From Picochlorum sp. SENEW3 (lineage: Eukaryota): 64,000 nt of DNA. The position numbers were made by a program, and so were the translations under genes. Positions 47,313-59,332 of this stretch are shown here, in pieces. Location of the stretch: the NCBI GenBank assembly GCA_034226945.1, contig CP120457.1:248001-312000 (forward strand), written 5' to 3'. The notes under the pieces were generated by a model. That model had not been told where the DNA came from, ran no database searches, and saw nothing but the letters and a program-made list of their open reading frames with translations. The stretch's first letter is position 1, and every line of letters starts with the position of its first letter.

Positions 47313-47415
47313 TACGATGGGATCCTTTGCTTTGTGGCAAAAAAGTAATCTGTAATTCATTTACTAATATTATTATTCATCATGAACACCATATATATAA
47401 CATAGCAACAAAAAA

Positions 47416-49596
47416 ATGGGGGGTTCCGACAACGACCACTGCACATGCATCCATCTCATCTTTGGCCCTGGTCCTATTCAATCAACAATCTTGAGCCATC
47501 TTAGCAACGTATTTTGTTTAAAAGAAGTCCAGGCCTGTATCAGTCTGCACGCGCTCGGGTTTTTGAGTACCGAGGACTTGAGGGACCATTTGACGAAACA
47601 TTCAAAGAAGCCTCCTTTGATACTGCCTCCTTCTAACGGCGATGATTTTCCACTTTTTAAGACTGCTGGGCGCATGCTAGGTGCGGAAGAGCGAACAGAT
47701 ACAGAAGTATCGCCGCTGTTGAAGGGGGCGGGCCGTTCGATGACGCATGAGGGTTTCAGGCAGCATTATAGATACATGGAATACGTTCCTTTGGAGGTAT
47801 ACCGCGTGGTTCGGGCCGGATTGAGTGCCACGCGACAAATGAGGATGCTCTTTGAGAATGAGAGTAATGGTGATGATATCAGCGACATGTACTGGAGATT
47901 GAGAAGAAATCATGTGGTCAATCTTTTTGATGGAGCTTGCGAAGCGGGGTTTGATGTGGAGGACATTGAAAGGATCATTGCCCTTTTATTTCGCAGGGGT
48001 GGGACTTCTCTTAGAGAGTTGCCTTCGGGGCTATGTGGCGCATCAAGATATGGGCACATGCATGTCGTCAGATATTTGTGCAAGACAGTGAGCAGTGTGG
48101 CTGCATTCAGGGTTGCATGTGAGAATGGGCATATTGACATTGCCAAGTACCTCTATGAGACAATAAACAATACTCTTGTGGATGTGAATGAAAGGGATGA
48201 CGAGGGCAGGACAGCATTCATGCTTGCTTGCAGTCATGGTCATCTAGACATTGTCAAATATTTATATGAGACAATTGGCAATGTGGATGTGCATGAGCGG
48301 GCTTCTGACGGTGGCCAGACAGCATTCATGCTTGCGTGCAAACATGGTCACATGGACATTGTCAAATATTTATATGAGACAATAAGCCACGTTGATGCCA
48401 ATGCCAGGGATTATAACAATAACACAGCATTCATGCTTGCATGCAAACATGGTCACATGGACATTGTCAAGTATCTCCATGAAGCACTAGGCAGCGTGGA
48501 TGTATTACGCGTCATGGATTATAACAATTGCACAGGATTTACGATGGCATGTCAATTTGGCAGGATGGATGTTGTCAAGTATCTGTATGAAACGATAGGT
48601 GACATGGATGTCGACGTGGATGCCAGAGAGACCTTCTACGGGCATACTGCATTCATGAGTGCTTGCAAAAGTGGCGATATTGACACTGTCAAGTACCTAT
48701 ATGAGACAGTAGACAATACTCTTGTAGATATCAATGCCAGGGATTACCGAGGCCTAACAGCATTCATGCTTGCATGTGAAAACGGCCACAAAGACATTGT
48801 CAAATATCTGTACGAGACAATTGGCAACGTTGATGCCAATGCCAGGGATAACGAGGGCAAGACAGCATTCATGCTTGCATGTGGGTGTATAATCACCAAG
48901 CATGATGCCGTCAGTGCCCATATTAGTACTGTTAGGTATCTCTATGACACAATAGGCAATGTGGACGTCAATGACAGGGATCACAAAGGTCGTACAGCAT
49001 TCACGCTCGCGTGCAAAAATAATCAGGAAGACATGGTCCAGTACTTGTATGAGACAATCGGCAATCTGGATGTACATGTAAGGGATGACGAGGGCAAGAC
49101 AGCATTCATGCTTGCATGTGGGTGTGAACTTCTCGGGTTTATTGGCACAGGTGCTGTGAGATACCTGTATGAAACACTAGGCGACATGGATAAGAATGAT
49201 AGGGATCACAAAGAGCGGACTGCATTTATGCTTGCTTGTCAAAGTGGTAACATGTACGTTGTCGAGTACTTGTATAGCAGAATGGGCAACAACATTGATA
49301 TGAATGACAGGGATTGTGACGGGCGAACCGCCTTCATGCTTGCTTGTCAAACGTTTCAGGTGTTCATTGTCAAGTATTTGTATGAGACAATCGGCAATGT
49401 GGATGTGAATGCAAAGGATAACGAGGGCAGGACAACTTTGATGCTGGCATCTTGGAATGGCCACCTCCACGTCGTCAAGTACTTGGTACAGACTGTACAG
49501 GTGGATGTGCAGGACGAGGACGCTGATGGATGGACAGCGATAGACTATGCAGAGGACCGGGAACATGACGAGATTGTCGCTTTTTTCATGTCCTAA
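47416..49596 (+). CDS. Ankyrin-repeat array protein (true start uncertain)
   Basis: About 13-15 repeats of 'TAFMLAC..GH.DIVKYLYETIGNVDVN.RD.EG', intronless. Confidence 0.92.
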   Translation: MGGSDNDHCTCIHLIFGPGPIQSTILSHLSNVFCLKEVQACISLHALGFLSTEDLRDHLTKHSKKPPLILPPSNGDDFPLFKTAGRMLGAEERTDTEVSPLLKGAGRSMTHEGFRQHYRYMEYVPLEVYRVVRAGLSATRQMRMLFENESNGDDISDMYWRLRRNHVVNLFDGACEAGFDVEDIERIIALLFRRGGTSLRELPSGLCGASRYGHMHVVRYLCKTVSSVAAFRVACENGHIDIAKYLYETINNTLVDVNERDDEGRTAFMLACSHGHLDIVKYLYETIGNVDVHERASDGGQTAFMLACKHGHMDIVKYLYETISHVDANARDYNNNTAFMLACKHGHMDIVKYLHEALGSVDVLRVMDYNNCTGFTMACQFGRMDVVKYLYETIGDMDVDVDARETFYGHTAFMSACKSGDIDTVKYLYETVDNTLVDINARDYRGLTAFMLACENGHKDIVKYLYETIGNVDANARDNEGKTAFMLACGCIITKHDAVSAHISTVRYLYDTIGNVDVNDRDHKGRTAFTLACKNNQEDMVQYLYETIGNLDVHVRDDEGKTAFMLACGCELLGFIGTGAVRYLYETLGDMDKNDRDHKERTAFMLACQSGNMYVVEYLYSRMGNNIDMNDRDCDGRTAFMLACQTFQVFIVKYLYETIGNVDVNAKDNEGRTTLMLASWNGHLHVVKYLVQTVQVDVQDEDADGWTAIDYAEDREHDEIVAFFMS

Positions 49597-49647
49597 TATT
49601 ATGCTCTATGAAAAAACAATGACACAATCCAAAAAAGTATCCATGTA

Positions 49648-50413
49648 TTAACAAAAAGGACGAGGAGGAGTATTCTTACGAGCCTGTACCAGGCACTCGA
49701 TCCGAGGCTCAAAATGGTGCAGCACCCTCCTGTACACATCCCGCTTGAAATCCACCACCTTTTCCGGCAGCTCATGCAATGGCATCCACCGCCACTCACT
49801 AAACTCTGGAGACCCATGACACGTCAAATCAATCTCATCATCATCTCCTTCAAATTCCATCAACAACCACTTTTGCGTCTGCCCTCGATATCGAAGATAT
49901 CCATCACCAACATGGCTCTTCACCTTTGTTGGATATTCATAGTCCAACCAACCATCAATAGACCCAACCACTCGCACTCGAGTCATCCCAGTCTCTTCCT
50001 TCAACTCTCTCTTTGCAGCCACCAGAGGATTCTCCATCGGATCAATACCTCCCTGCGGCATTTGCCACGTCTGAGCAGAATCATCCATCCGACGAGCAGC
50101 AAACACCAACCCTTGCTGATTCACCACGCACAAACCCACCCCCCGACGAAACTCATTCATATTATGAACAATGATGTTATTAGTATTGCTTGCTACCGTG
50201 CTGCTACTTTGTTGTCGCTGCGTCGATGATGAAGAAGAAGAACATGAGATTATTGTATTCTTATGAGTATCATGTTTTTGAATCGTCCCAACAGTGCAAT
50301 TGCTTCTTCTTATCATTGTGTTCGTATGGGTAACCCTAAGTTCATATATAGAATGATAAGTATTAGTATTTACTATACGTGGTCTTTGCCACGTCGATGC
50401 CATATTCATCATC
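49648..50413 (-). CDS. Nudix hydrolase, RppH/Ap4A-hydrolase type (NUDX26-like), probably plastid-targeted
   Basis: 'FRRGVG', Nudix box 'WQMPQGGIDPMENPLVAAKRELKEETG', 'GQTQKW' and 'EFSEWRW...VVDFKRDVY'. Confidence 0.9.
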
Positions 50414-50736
50414 AGGCCGAAGCTGACGAATTTTGTTGTTTTGATCCGATCAACCCTTGTTGTTGTTGTTGTTGTTGAAAAAGAACAACAAGACAAAACT
50501 ATTCGCAACAACAATACTGTTAATAAATAAGGGTATTAATAATAATAAAATAAAAATAACAAGGCGTGAATGCCCGAATCAACGTTGGGTCGTAGATGAC
50601 AGATAGATGGATATCAGATCTCGGAGGCCCGGATTTGAACCCTTTTCTTCATTAATTAATGAGTCACCGTCAACAACAACAATCCCTCAACGCTACTTGG
50701 CCAACAAAACCTACTACTACTGTCCTTGACGTAGCA

Positions 50737-51597
50737 TCAATTGTAACAAACAATATCATGCCTATACTCGGGATGCTCTGTGCCCATGAGCCAATCCCAA
50801 TGTGTCATGTACAAACTAAAATGAACATGAGGAAACCTATGATGCATATCATGATGCCTCACTGTATTCAACAACGGCGACGATTGCTTAGGATTATTCT
50901 TCTTCTTAGCATGACTACTCTTCTTACTAGTAGTATTCCTCACCATATTAATGGTGTGAGAGAGAATCAGATGGAGCACCCCTTCCGCACTGGGAATATA
51001 GGGCGCAATCTCATACCCAGCATGCCCACCATTATGTATCACCGTCATATACATATGATACACTCTATGAACCCCTATATGCATAGGAAACAAGAAACAG
51101 ACAAAGATTTCGTTGGCAAAGACAATCATCGCCTCTATACTATGAAAACTATATCCTGTAAATGCTGTGGGTACTGTTGACTGGTGATGTATGTAATGCA
51201 CTCGCCTGTACAACAGTTTCGTATGCAATAAACGATGCGTCCAATAAAACCATGCGTCGTGAAGGTAGTCTAAAGCGATGGCTGTGCACAGGGCAGAGCC
51301 CAGATGGACTGGTCTATTGCTGTAGAGAAGACTGTATCCACTCGTGTGAAGCTTTTCCACAAACGTCCATATCAATGCTTTCACCACCAATGGGCCTATA
51401 CTATTCAATGCTTCTCGTGTTACTTGACCTATTGCATGTTTTCTTTTTCTTGTACCGCCACTATGTGTGTAGTGGATGGGTGATACTGAGCAGAATCGAG
51501 GAACAATGACATGCAGGAAGAGAGCTGCCAGGTAGTAGACAAGCGATGCCTGTGCAAATGCCTGTGTAAATCCACCTCCATATATGTACGAATTCAT
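50737..51597 (-). CDS. Fatty acid hydroxylase / sterol desaturase family diiron membrane enzyme
   Basis: His boxes 'YWTHRLLH', 'VHYIHH', 'HAGYE' and 'HHDMHH', plus 'WDWLMGT'. Confidence 0.92.
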   Translation of the reverse strand: MNSYIYGGGFTQAFAQASLVYYLAALFLHVIVPRFCSVSPIHYTHSGGTRKRKHAIGQVTREALNSIGPLVVKALIWTFVEKLHTSGYSLLYSNRPVHLGSALCTAIALDYLHDAWFYWTHRLLHTKLLYRRVHYIHHQSTVPTAFTGYSFHSIEAMIVFANEIFVCFLFPMHIGVHRVYHMYMTVIHNGGHAGYEIAPYIPSAEGVLHLILSHTINMVRNTTSKKSSHAKKKNNPKQSSPLLNTVRHHDMHHRFPHVHFSLYMTHWDWLMGTEHPEYRHDIVCYN

Positions 51598-51867
51598 GAT
51601 AATAATACTTGTGAAATTTTTTGAAATGCCATGGATGCGATTGGTTTGACCATCCTCTCACCAGGATGCTGGGGCACGTGGCACAGTATGATGGATGGAT
51701 GTATCGATATATCGGTCAACGGTGTGGTTTGACCGATGGATACTCATTGGTTGGTCAGGGTATGTATGTATCGATCTGCATACAACTCGATGATCATATG
51801 ATACATTTTCAATTATTTCTTTCTGTTTTGAAAAACAATCAATTAAAAAACACTACTACTAATAATA

Positions 51868-53173
51868 ATGCAAGCATTGGTGAGGAAGACGGTTGGGCAG
51901 AGGGTGCTCGCAGCGACATGGGTACATGCAGGCATGGACTGTCGACTGCTGTCTTCAGGCAATGCTGTGATGAAGGCGGCAGAGGTATCCATGGTGGAAG
52001 ATGCTGGGTATCAGTCAGAGGAGCCGCGATGGTTGCGGGAATTGGGCACTGTTCGCAATGATTGGACGTGAGTCTATTTTTTTAAGAGTGCTACATTTTT
52101 TTCTTTCGATTGCTTTTCTTTTTCTTCAATACCACGAATACACACATCTATTTACAAATATATATAAATGTAGTCGAGAGGAAGTGAAGGAGGTGTATGA
52201 GAGCGGGTTTTTGGACCTGGTGCACCACGCGTCGTCAGTCCACCGTCAACACAATGACCCATCCATGGTACAGCGTTGTACATTGTTGAGTATCAAGACG
52301 GGAGGGTGTCCAGAGAATTGTAATTATTGTAGTCAGTCGAGTCATTGGAGTAAAGAGACTGGGACCAAGGCGGAAAAGTTGATGGATTTGGAAGATGTGT
52401 ATCAGGCTGCGGTGCGGGCCAAGGAGGCTGGGAGTACACGGTTCTGCATGGGGGCGGCGTGGAGGGGTCCGTCTCAGGTGGGGAAGAGGCAGTGGGAGCG
52501 GGTGTTGGATGCTGTGAAGCGTATTCGTGCGTTGGATATGGAAGTGTGTACGACTCTTGGCATGTTGACACCAGAGCAGGCAAAAGAGTTGAGGGAGGCT
52601 GGTTTGACTGCGTATAATCACAATTTGGATACGTCTCCAGAGTATTATGAAAAGGTGACGACGACGAGAAAATATCAGGATAGATTGGATACGATTGAGA
52701 GTGTTAGACAGGCTGGTATTTCCGTGTGTGCTGGAGGCATTATTGGGTTGGGGGAGAGCCACATGGACAGAGTGGGGTTGTTCCATCAGCTGGCCACGTT
52801 GCCTGCGCATCCCGAGTCTGTTCCCATTAATGCCTTGGTTGCGGTCAAGGGTACGCCGTTCCAAGATCATGAGGCGCCGTCTGGATTGGATATTGCGAGG
52901 TGTGTGGCGACAGCAAGGATTTTAATGCCAAGGACAGTGGTGCGATTGTCTGCCGGAAGAATGAATTTTTCATATTCGGATCAAGCCTTGTGCTTCTTGG
53001 CGGGAGCGAATTCTATTTTTGATGGAGATAAATTGCTGACGACGCCGAATAATGATAGGAATGAGGATTTGGAAATGTTTTCTCTTCTGGGATTGAAGAG
53101 CAGGCCTGCCTTTGTGCCATATGCATCTGGACAAGAGAGCAGCAATGGCGCAGAGTCTTCTTCTTGTTGTTGA
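51868..53173 (+). CDS. BIO2: Biotin synthase (radical SAM), mitochondrial; intron 52068-52173
   Basis: 'NDWT|REEV', CxxxCxxC 'CPENCNYCSQS', 'RFCMGAAWRG', 'AYNHNLDTS', 'PESVPIN' and 'GANSIF.G.KLLTT'. Presequence-like first exon. Confidence 0.97.
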
Positions 53174-53266
53174 TATTGTCTTTTTTTCTCGTTGTTGTTG
53201 TTGGAATAATACGTAGATATATTATATTTTTACCACCATCACACCATATAATGCAATGCATCATCA

Positions 53267-54095
53267 TCATGCCAAGACTTGTCTGGTGAATCGATATGCA
53301 TCAGACCAGCAGGATTGGCAGAGATCAATTGGCAGTTTCTCTTGCTTGTTGCGAAGTGTCTTATCAGCCCCCTGTTCAGTCAAGAACTTGACAATCTCCA
53401 CATGCCCTCTCATAGCTGCCCAGTGCAATGCAGAATTATCTCCCATATCCAGGGCATTCACATTGGCACCCTGCTCCACCAAGAATTTCACCGTCTGCAT
53501 ATGCCCATTGTGGGCAGCTCGAATAAGCGGAGATTCCCCCATCTGCACACATGTGAGTATTTTTGTTTTGGTGCATCATACGCAGCAAAGAATACTATAC
53601 ATGGTTACATACCACATTTCTCTGCTCAATATCTGCACCTTCATCCAACAACAACTTGCAACATGCCGTGTGACCTGCATCATCATCATCATTGCACAGA
53701 TATGATACGAAAAAAAGAACAGAAGATAGCAACGCACCGTTTCCTGCTGCCAACAACAATGGAGGATCTCCACAATGATCAGCCTCGTTCAAAGGAGCAC
53801 CCTGTATGTATACATCTTATTCTATTATGATAGAACAAAGCAATGTATCAAAATGCATATACTAGTAGTAGTCAACGCACCTCCATAATATGCTCCTTTA
53901 CCCAGTCATAGTATCCATCCACACAGTCTCTCCAGATGTTGGACTTTTCTGGGACAAACTTTCCATTCTACAGGAAAAAAGAGAAGAGAAGAAAACTCAG
54001 TCGCCAAGAACAACCCCACACACAGCAACGTTGGCCACTCAATGAAGAACTATTTTTATTGAGCAAAAATAACTTACAATGAGATCGAATGGCAT
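53267..54095 (-). CDS. Small multi-exon ankyrin-repeat protein
   Basis: Exons 'GDPPLLLAAGN|GHTACCKLLLDEGADIEQRNV|MGESPLIRAAHNGH...NSALHWAAMRGH' joined by GT-AG introns. Confidence 0.85.
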
Positions 54096-54508
54096 GGTAT
54101 TCGGCGATTATACTACTATGAAGAAGAAGAAGAAGGAAACGACAAACAAAAATTCGACGTCTCGGTCAACCACGACAGAACGCGTCTGAAATACACACGG
54201 AATACTCTAGCGTATCAAGTATTACAAACGATGTAATTAATCAAGTGCTGTCGTCGTGAAGACTCCTCGTATGATATATCACGAGCGCTCGTGGTCATTG
54301 TTGTTGGTCAACGACGTCTGATGATGGTCAAAGGGCTTCTTCGACCGATTGTCTCCCATCCAACCCTGCATTGGATGGGTGCACCAGTCCATCACAAGAA
54401 GAAGAGCAACAATGAGAACGTTGCTACCACCGTCTTCCTAGGACGAACAAATTTCTTCCCGGCTATAGAAAAACACCTACAACAATAAGAAGAAGAATTT
54501 TTCTCACG

Positions 54509-54997
54509 ATGATGAAAGGATCGGTTATTATGCATATGCAGCAGCAGTCGTTACTATTGCTTCTTCTTGTGGCATCTTGTTTGTTCTTGTCAACGAGGGC
54601 AGACGAGTGCCCCGTTGGATCTGAGGTGTTCGAGGCAGCAAACCTTAAAGGTCTGGTTGGTGCCTGCGGGGATGTTAGCAGTGACCAGGGGTGCGACGCA
54701 TGTGCGTATGCCTTGTCCTCCCCACTTCAAGTACTCTTGGATTATGTGACTGTGGATGAGGGGACAACGCCGACCGAGTTGCTGGCAGAGATTGAGGAGA
54801 TTCGTGAGGACTGCTATGATCTCTTGTCACCAATCATCATTAGGGATGTGGGCATCTTCAACGTGGGCACCTTGCTGAATCTTCGTCGTTTTGAGACATC
54901 TTGTTCTGTCGATCCAAAGACGTACACAAAAACGTATGGATCTACTCTGGACTATCTGGAGTCAAAGGGTGTTGATGTGACCAACCTTAGGGTGTAG
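54509..54997 (+). CDS. Small Cys-containing putative secreted protein
   Basis: Hydrophobic signal-like 'SLLLLLLVASCLFLSTRA|DEC' and several Cys residues. Confidence 0.7.
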   Translation: MMKGSVIMHMQQQSLLLLLLVASCLFLSTRADECPVGSEVFEAANLKGLVGACGDVSSDQGCDACAYALSSPLQVLLDYVTVDEGTTPTELLAEIEEIREDCYDLLSPIIIRDVGIFNVGTLLNLRRFETSCSVDPKTYTKTYGSTLDYLESKGVDVTNLRV

Positions 54998-55094
54998 TAA
55001 CATCACGACTTGAAGTACGTAAAGCACAGCATTATTATTATTGCTGGTATATAATATAATATATAGTGTGTGTGTAAGTTGTCAGTCATGTATG

Positions 55095-58000
55095 TCATGT
55101 ATCCTTGTCTTTTTTATCCAATGATGGGTGTGTCTCAGATGATGCCTGCATCATCATCAGTGCTTTGAATTCCATTTGTGCTGTCGGATTTGTCATCACC
55201 TCTTCCATTTTATCCAAAACGCCTTGCGGTAACGTGGACAGAACCTCCTTTGGAAGGCTGAGAAGAGAGATGTCTGCTCCGTTTGTTGCCGACACGTCAT
55301 GTTTGGGCTTTTTGCTGCTGTTTCCATTGTCACATGGGGGTGATGACGATGGTTCGCTGGATTTTCTCTTCACTGCCTGCGATGTGTCGTCATCTCGGGT
55401 GAAATATTTCGCTCTGTAGTTTTGGTAAAAATTCTTTATTTGAGTCAGTGTTTTCGATGGAACTGCTTCCTGAAGCTTTTCCCAATCTCTACCATATGTT
55501 TTGTATGCCTTGGTGAGAGATTCCTTGTCCTCATCAGTCCAGACGGGTCTACCTCTGCCCTTTTTCTTTCCAGCAGGCCCATTGGCTGGCTTGTCTGGTA
55601 CAGCATGCTGGTACATCTCAAAGTATGATTCTACGCCACGAACTAGTTCGATGACATCCTCTGGTGCACCTCGTCCATGTTGAATGTCGGACATACTTGA
55701 GAGAAGTTTTCTTGACTGGGCATGACTGGTGAGCAAACTGCCAACTTCGCCGCCTGGAAGAAGCATAGAGTCCAACTTCATCCACTCACTTGAGGGAACA
55801 TCTGCCAGGTGTGGGCGCATTGTGGCCACAGTATCGCTCAAATCTTCTCCAGTGTCCTCCACAAGGTTGAGGATGGACAGTACTGGATTCCACAAGTTGT
55901 ATTCCAGCGTCTTATCTTCAGCGTAGCTCACCTCGGACTTTTCTTGCGCTAATGGCTTTGCAGGATCATCAAGCAAGCGATCAAGATTGAGTCTCTGACT
56001 GTGCCTCTCCCAGTATTTTTTGGCGGCATCCACAGTCCTGTTCATATATGACGCAATGGAGGCAAAGTCTTTTCCATAAATTTGGACAGCTTCAATGTAT
56101 TTCTTGTCTGTATTGACATTAGGGAGCCGACCTCTACCAACAGATTTTGAATCGCTTGATTTTGACTTTTTCGAGACGACGTCTTTACCAGAGGTTTCAG
56201 TGAGCTGATCGAGCTTGGAGGATGACAGTCTGTAATCTCCGGTGGGCAAACCATCACTCTTGGATTCCTTGAGGCTCTCTTGCACTTCGGATGGAGCAGT
56301 TTCTATTGCCTCTTTTCTGGGAGAATCCAAGTGAGACAGTAAATCAAATGACCGTGCAGAAGGCCTCTTCAACCTGGGACCAAATGAGTTTGGCTTTGGG
56401 TGCTCATCAAAGTAGGTATCAACAAGATATTGCTCAGAGTTGTTGCTCTCTGCAAGCTTTGTTTTTACCTTGTTTTTATTCTTCTTTGATCCTTTACGGC
56501 TTTTCTGCTTTGCTGAAGTGCTACTATCGTGGGTAGAATCAGTGGTCTTCACACTGTCCATTCGCTGTGCTGGTTCAGGGTAATGCTGAGGGGCTACAGC
56601 CATGCCAATGTGACCTGCACCGCCCATTCGTTGCATTGCCGTCTCTTCAGCTTTTTCTCGCCGTTTCCTCAACTGCCACTTCCTTCTTGTCACCTCAAAC
56701 TCTTTGGTACGCTGTATTGCATAATAATGCTTGATAATCTCTGGAATAGTTCGACGTGGCAGGTGGGTTGATATCCTTGCAAAGTCCTTGTGGTAGATTA
56801 AAAACTTTTCAGCAAAGATGTTCTTCTCTTCCTGACTCCAGACTCTGGTATAGTCGCATTCCTCCCACTCTTTCCCAGGGATTTTCACGAGTCTGTTCCA
56901 GTCCTGATAATGCTTGACCCATCGTGCAGACCTCTCTGTGAAGATCAGCTGTGTTGGCAACTGCAATGTTCCCATCAATACGTGGTCATATTCGTTCAAG
57001 AAGAGACATGCATACAAACAAGAAACATACCGCTGTAGATGATTTCACAGATTCCACTGCTTGAAGCGTTGCAATGGCAATGCGTTCCTCCAAGTCGCTT
57101 CGAACAATACCTCTATTCCTTCCTCCTCTGGAGGAGGAGCGGCCCAATGATGGGCTGGTCGGTTCGTTTGACTGATCAAACGCACTAGGCTTTCCGGTAA
57201 ATGACCCATGCGTAGAAATACCACGAAGAGGACTTCCAATCACCTGAGATGCAAGCCTTTGCTTCTCTTGCTGCAGCCATTTTTCAAAGGCAAACCTGTA
57301 TCTGATTCCTGCAAGCACATGCTGCTTCAGCACAATAACCAGCTCTTTTCGAAGGGCATTATAGACACCCGAAGATACTGGACTAGGATTTTGACCAAAT
57401 GCTTCTTCAAGGCGCTGGGCGGTAATCTTTTGAGCCTCGGGGATACCTCTCTGCATTTCGCTAGGATACAGCTTGCTAAATTTGTTCCCTGTATTGGACG
57501 AGATACTTTCATTCTCCTTGAGGATGATTTTGTTCACATCTTGCTCTCTCTTTTCCTTCAATATTTGTCCAAATTTACTGATGAGTTTCCTCTGTTCTGG
57601 TGCCAGCAACTCCATGCGCCTCTGCAAATTTCGAGACCGCCCTGTACTCTGCTTTGAGGATGACTTCCCACGCTTCTTCTTATGAGATTCTGTCGACCCG
57701 TCATCACTCTCATCTTCAGAATCCGTAGAGAGCTCTTCTTCTGACACGTCAAGGGATACTGGGCTTGGAGGCACTGGCGCCCTGTCTGATGCCATGCCAA
57801 CCTCATTCGTCAGGATGGGCAGGGTCTCTTTCAAAGTCTCAATATCATCGTCCAGCGATGCAATACTTCTCTTTGTTTCATCCTTCTTCTCATCTAACCG
57901 TTTTATTTTCTCTAAAATATCTGCGGGGTTGAGGTTCGTGTGATTGCCCAGAGACACTTCATTCTTTGAATCCTTGTCATCTTGCTGGCGAACTTTTGGC

Positions 58001-58715
58001 GAGTGGACAGAGCTCCCATCCCTTCGCTTATGCAATCCACCGGCTTTTGGGGACTTTGGGGACGCAAAGTCTGGATCTCTCTTGCTCAATAGTCGCATTT
58101 TCTCCTGATATTCTTCGATTGAAAATGGCGAGCGATCGTTAGATTCTCTATTCAAAGGAGGAGGCCTTGAAGCACGGGGTCCTTCCCTCATACTAGGCCG
58201 TTCATACCCCCCGCCTCGACGACCCATGGAAAATTTTGGTCGATTCCCATACGAGGAATATCGAGCGGAAGCAGATACAGAGTATCTTGGAGGAGCATCA
58301 CTTGGGTCATTGTCTCTGTTGTGTCCTCGAGAAGGAGGCCTCGCTTCGTAGGGAGGGGGCATAGCTCGGTGCGGTGGACCCCGTGCAATCTCAAACGGCT
58401 TTCGAAATGGCCTATATCCACCCCTTGGCGCAGCATTGTAGTCAGAGTAATGTCTCGAACGAGGTCTGTCATCATACGGCCTCCCACTGTATGATGAGTA
58501 GTGTGGGCCCCTGCGACGAAACTCATCAGCATCTCCCTTGACGTCCATGGATCTATCTCTTGAATGATCCTGAATACAATAAACACCATAAATCATTCAC
58601 AACTACTCAATCCTTTGGCAGAGATGTGAGGGAAAGAGAAAAAGGGTCAAGCACCATACCTTGCTTGGCTGTTCCTCGGGAAGTCTCCATTCCCCATCTT
58701 CCAATCCATCATCAT
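55095..58715 (-). CDS. Multi-SANT corepressor, NCoR/SMRT-SNT1-POWERDRESS-like (at least 3 exons)
   Basis: 'RGIVRSDLEE', 'VWSQEEKNIFAEKFLIYHKDFARISTHLPRRTIPEIIKHYY', 'YIEAVQIYGKDFASIASYMNRT...KKYW' and 'WTDEDKESLTKAYKTYGRDWEKL...KTLTQIKNFYQN'. Introns near 57000 and 58570-58660. Confidence 0.82.
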
Positions 58716-59332
58716 TCGCCTGTACACATATGTGATATTTTGTATAAGATAGAGGCCTTTGTCTTTGCGTCTATCCAACACCCCAGAACACAATAAAAAA
58801 CACAGGGGTCGTCTGCTTAACAACACACGCTCGTACCATTTTTTACACGCCCGGGAGTATCCAAAAATGTTTAATAAAAATATATATCCTACTGATACAT
58901 CTTTCGAGACATATTCAGGTCGAAATAGTCAACAAAGTTCTCGCCCTGCCTCCGTCACAAAACAGCAACAAACATGGATATTTAGCACCGTTGTGCAGGG
59001 TAATATCTTTTTCAGATTATCTATGAATGAAATAGCCCATAAAATGCGGAATATGGGAAATTTATTTTAGAAATAGTGTGCGTGCGGCTGGTCTTCATCT
59101 CTCATGCCCCTTCCAATCGACATGGTCCTCCGTTTGGCCGCGTTTCAACAGACGCAATAATTCTAAAAAATATATATCTGTGAAATACAGCCACTATGGT
59201 GGCGCAGACGTGGAACTAGACAGGTTCTTATTGGTGAACAGGTTTTTTGTTCTCAGAAAAGGAGTCCCTACACTCACTGTGAATACTCTCTGCACAGCGT
59301 ATATACGCTCGAGTTGATTCCTGAAAATAACT

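Noticed and set aside
23600..47400. Fanzor/TnpB, TET/JBP, reverse transcriptase, viral capsid, polB or packaging ATPase in the island
   Set aside because: No RuvC, 2OG-dioxygenase, RT or virus hallmark motifs were recognised in the ORF track. An endogenous virus call is unsupported, though decayed copies cannot be excluded by eye.
45517..49500. Regular repeats as a CRISPR-like array
   Set aside because: The repeats are in-frame coding units (67-aa repeat, ankyrin repeats) with no unique spacers or cas genes, in a eukaryotic context.
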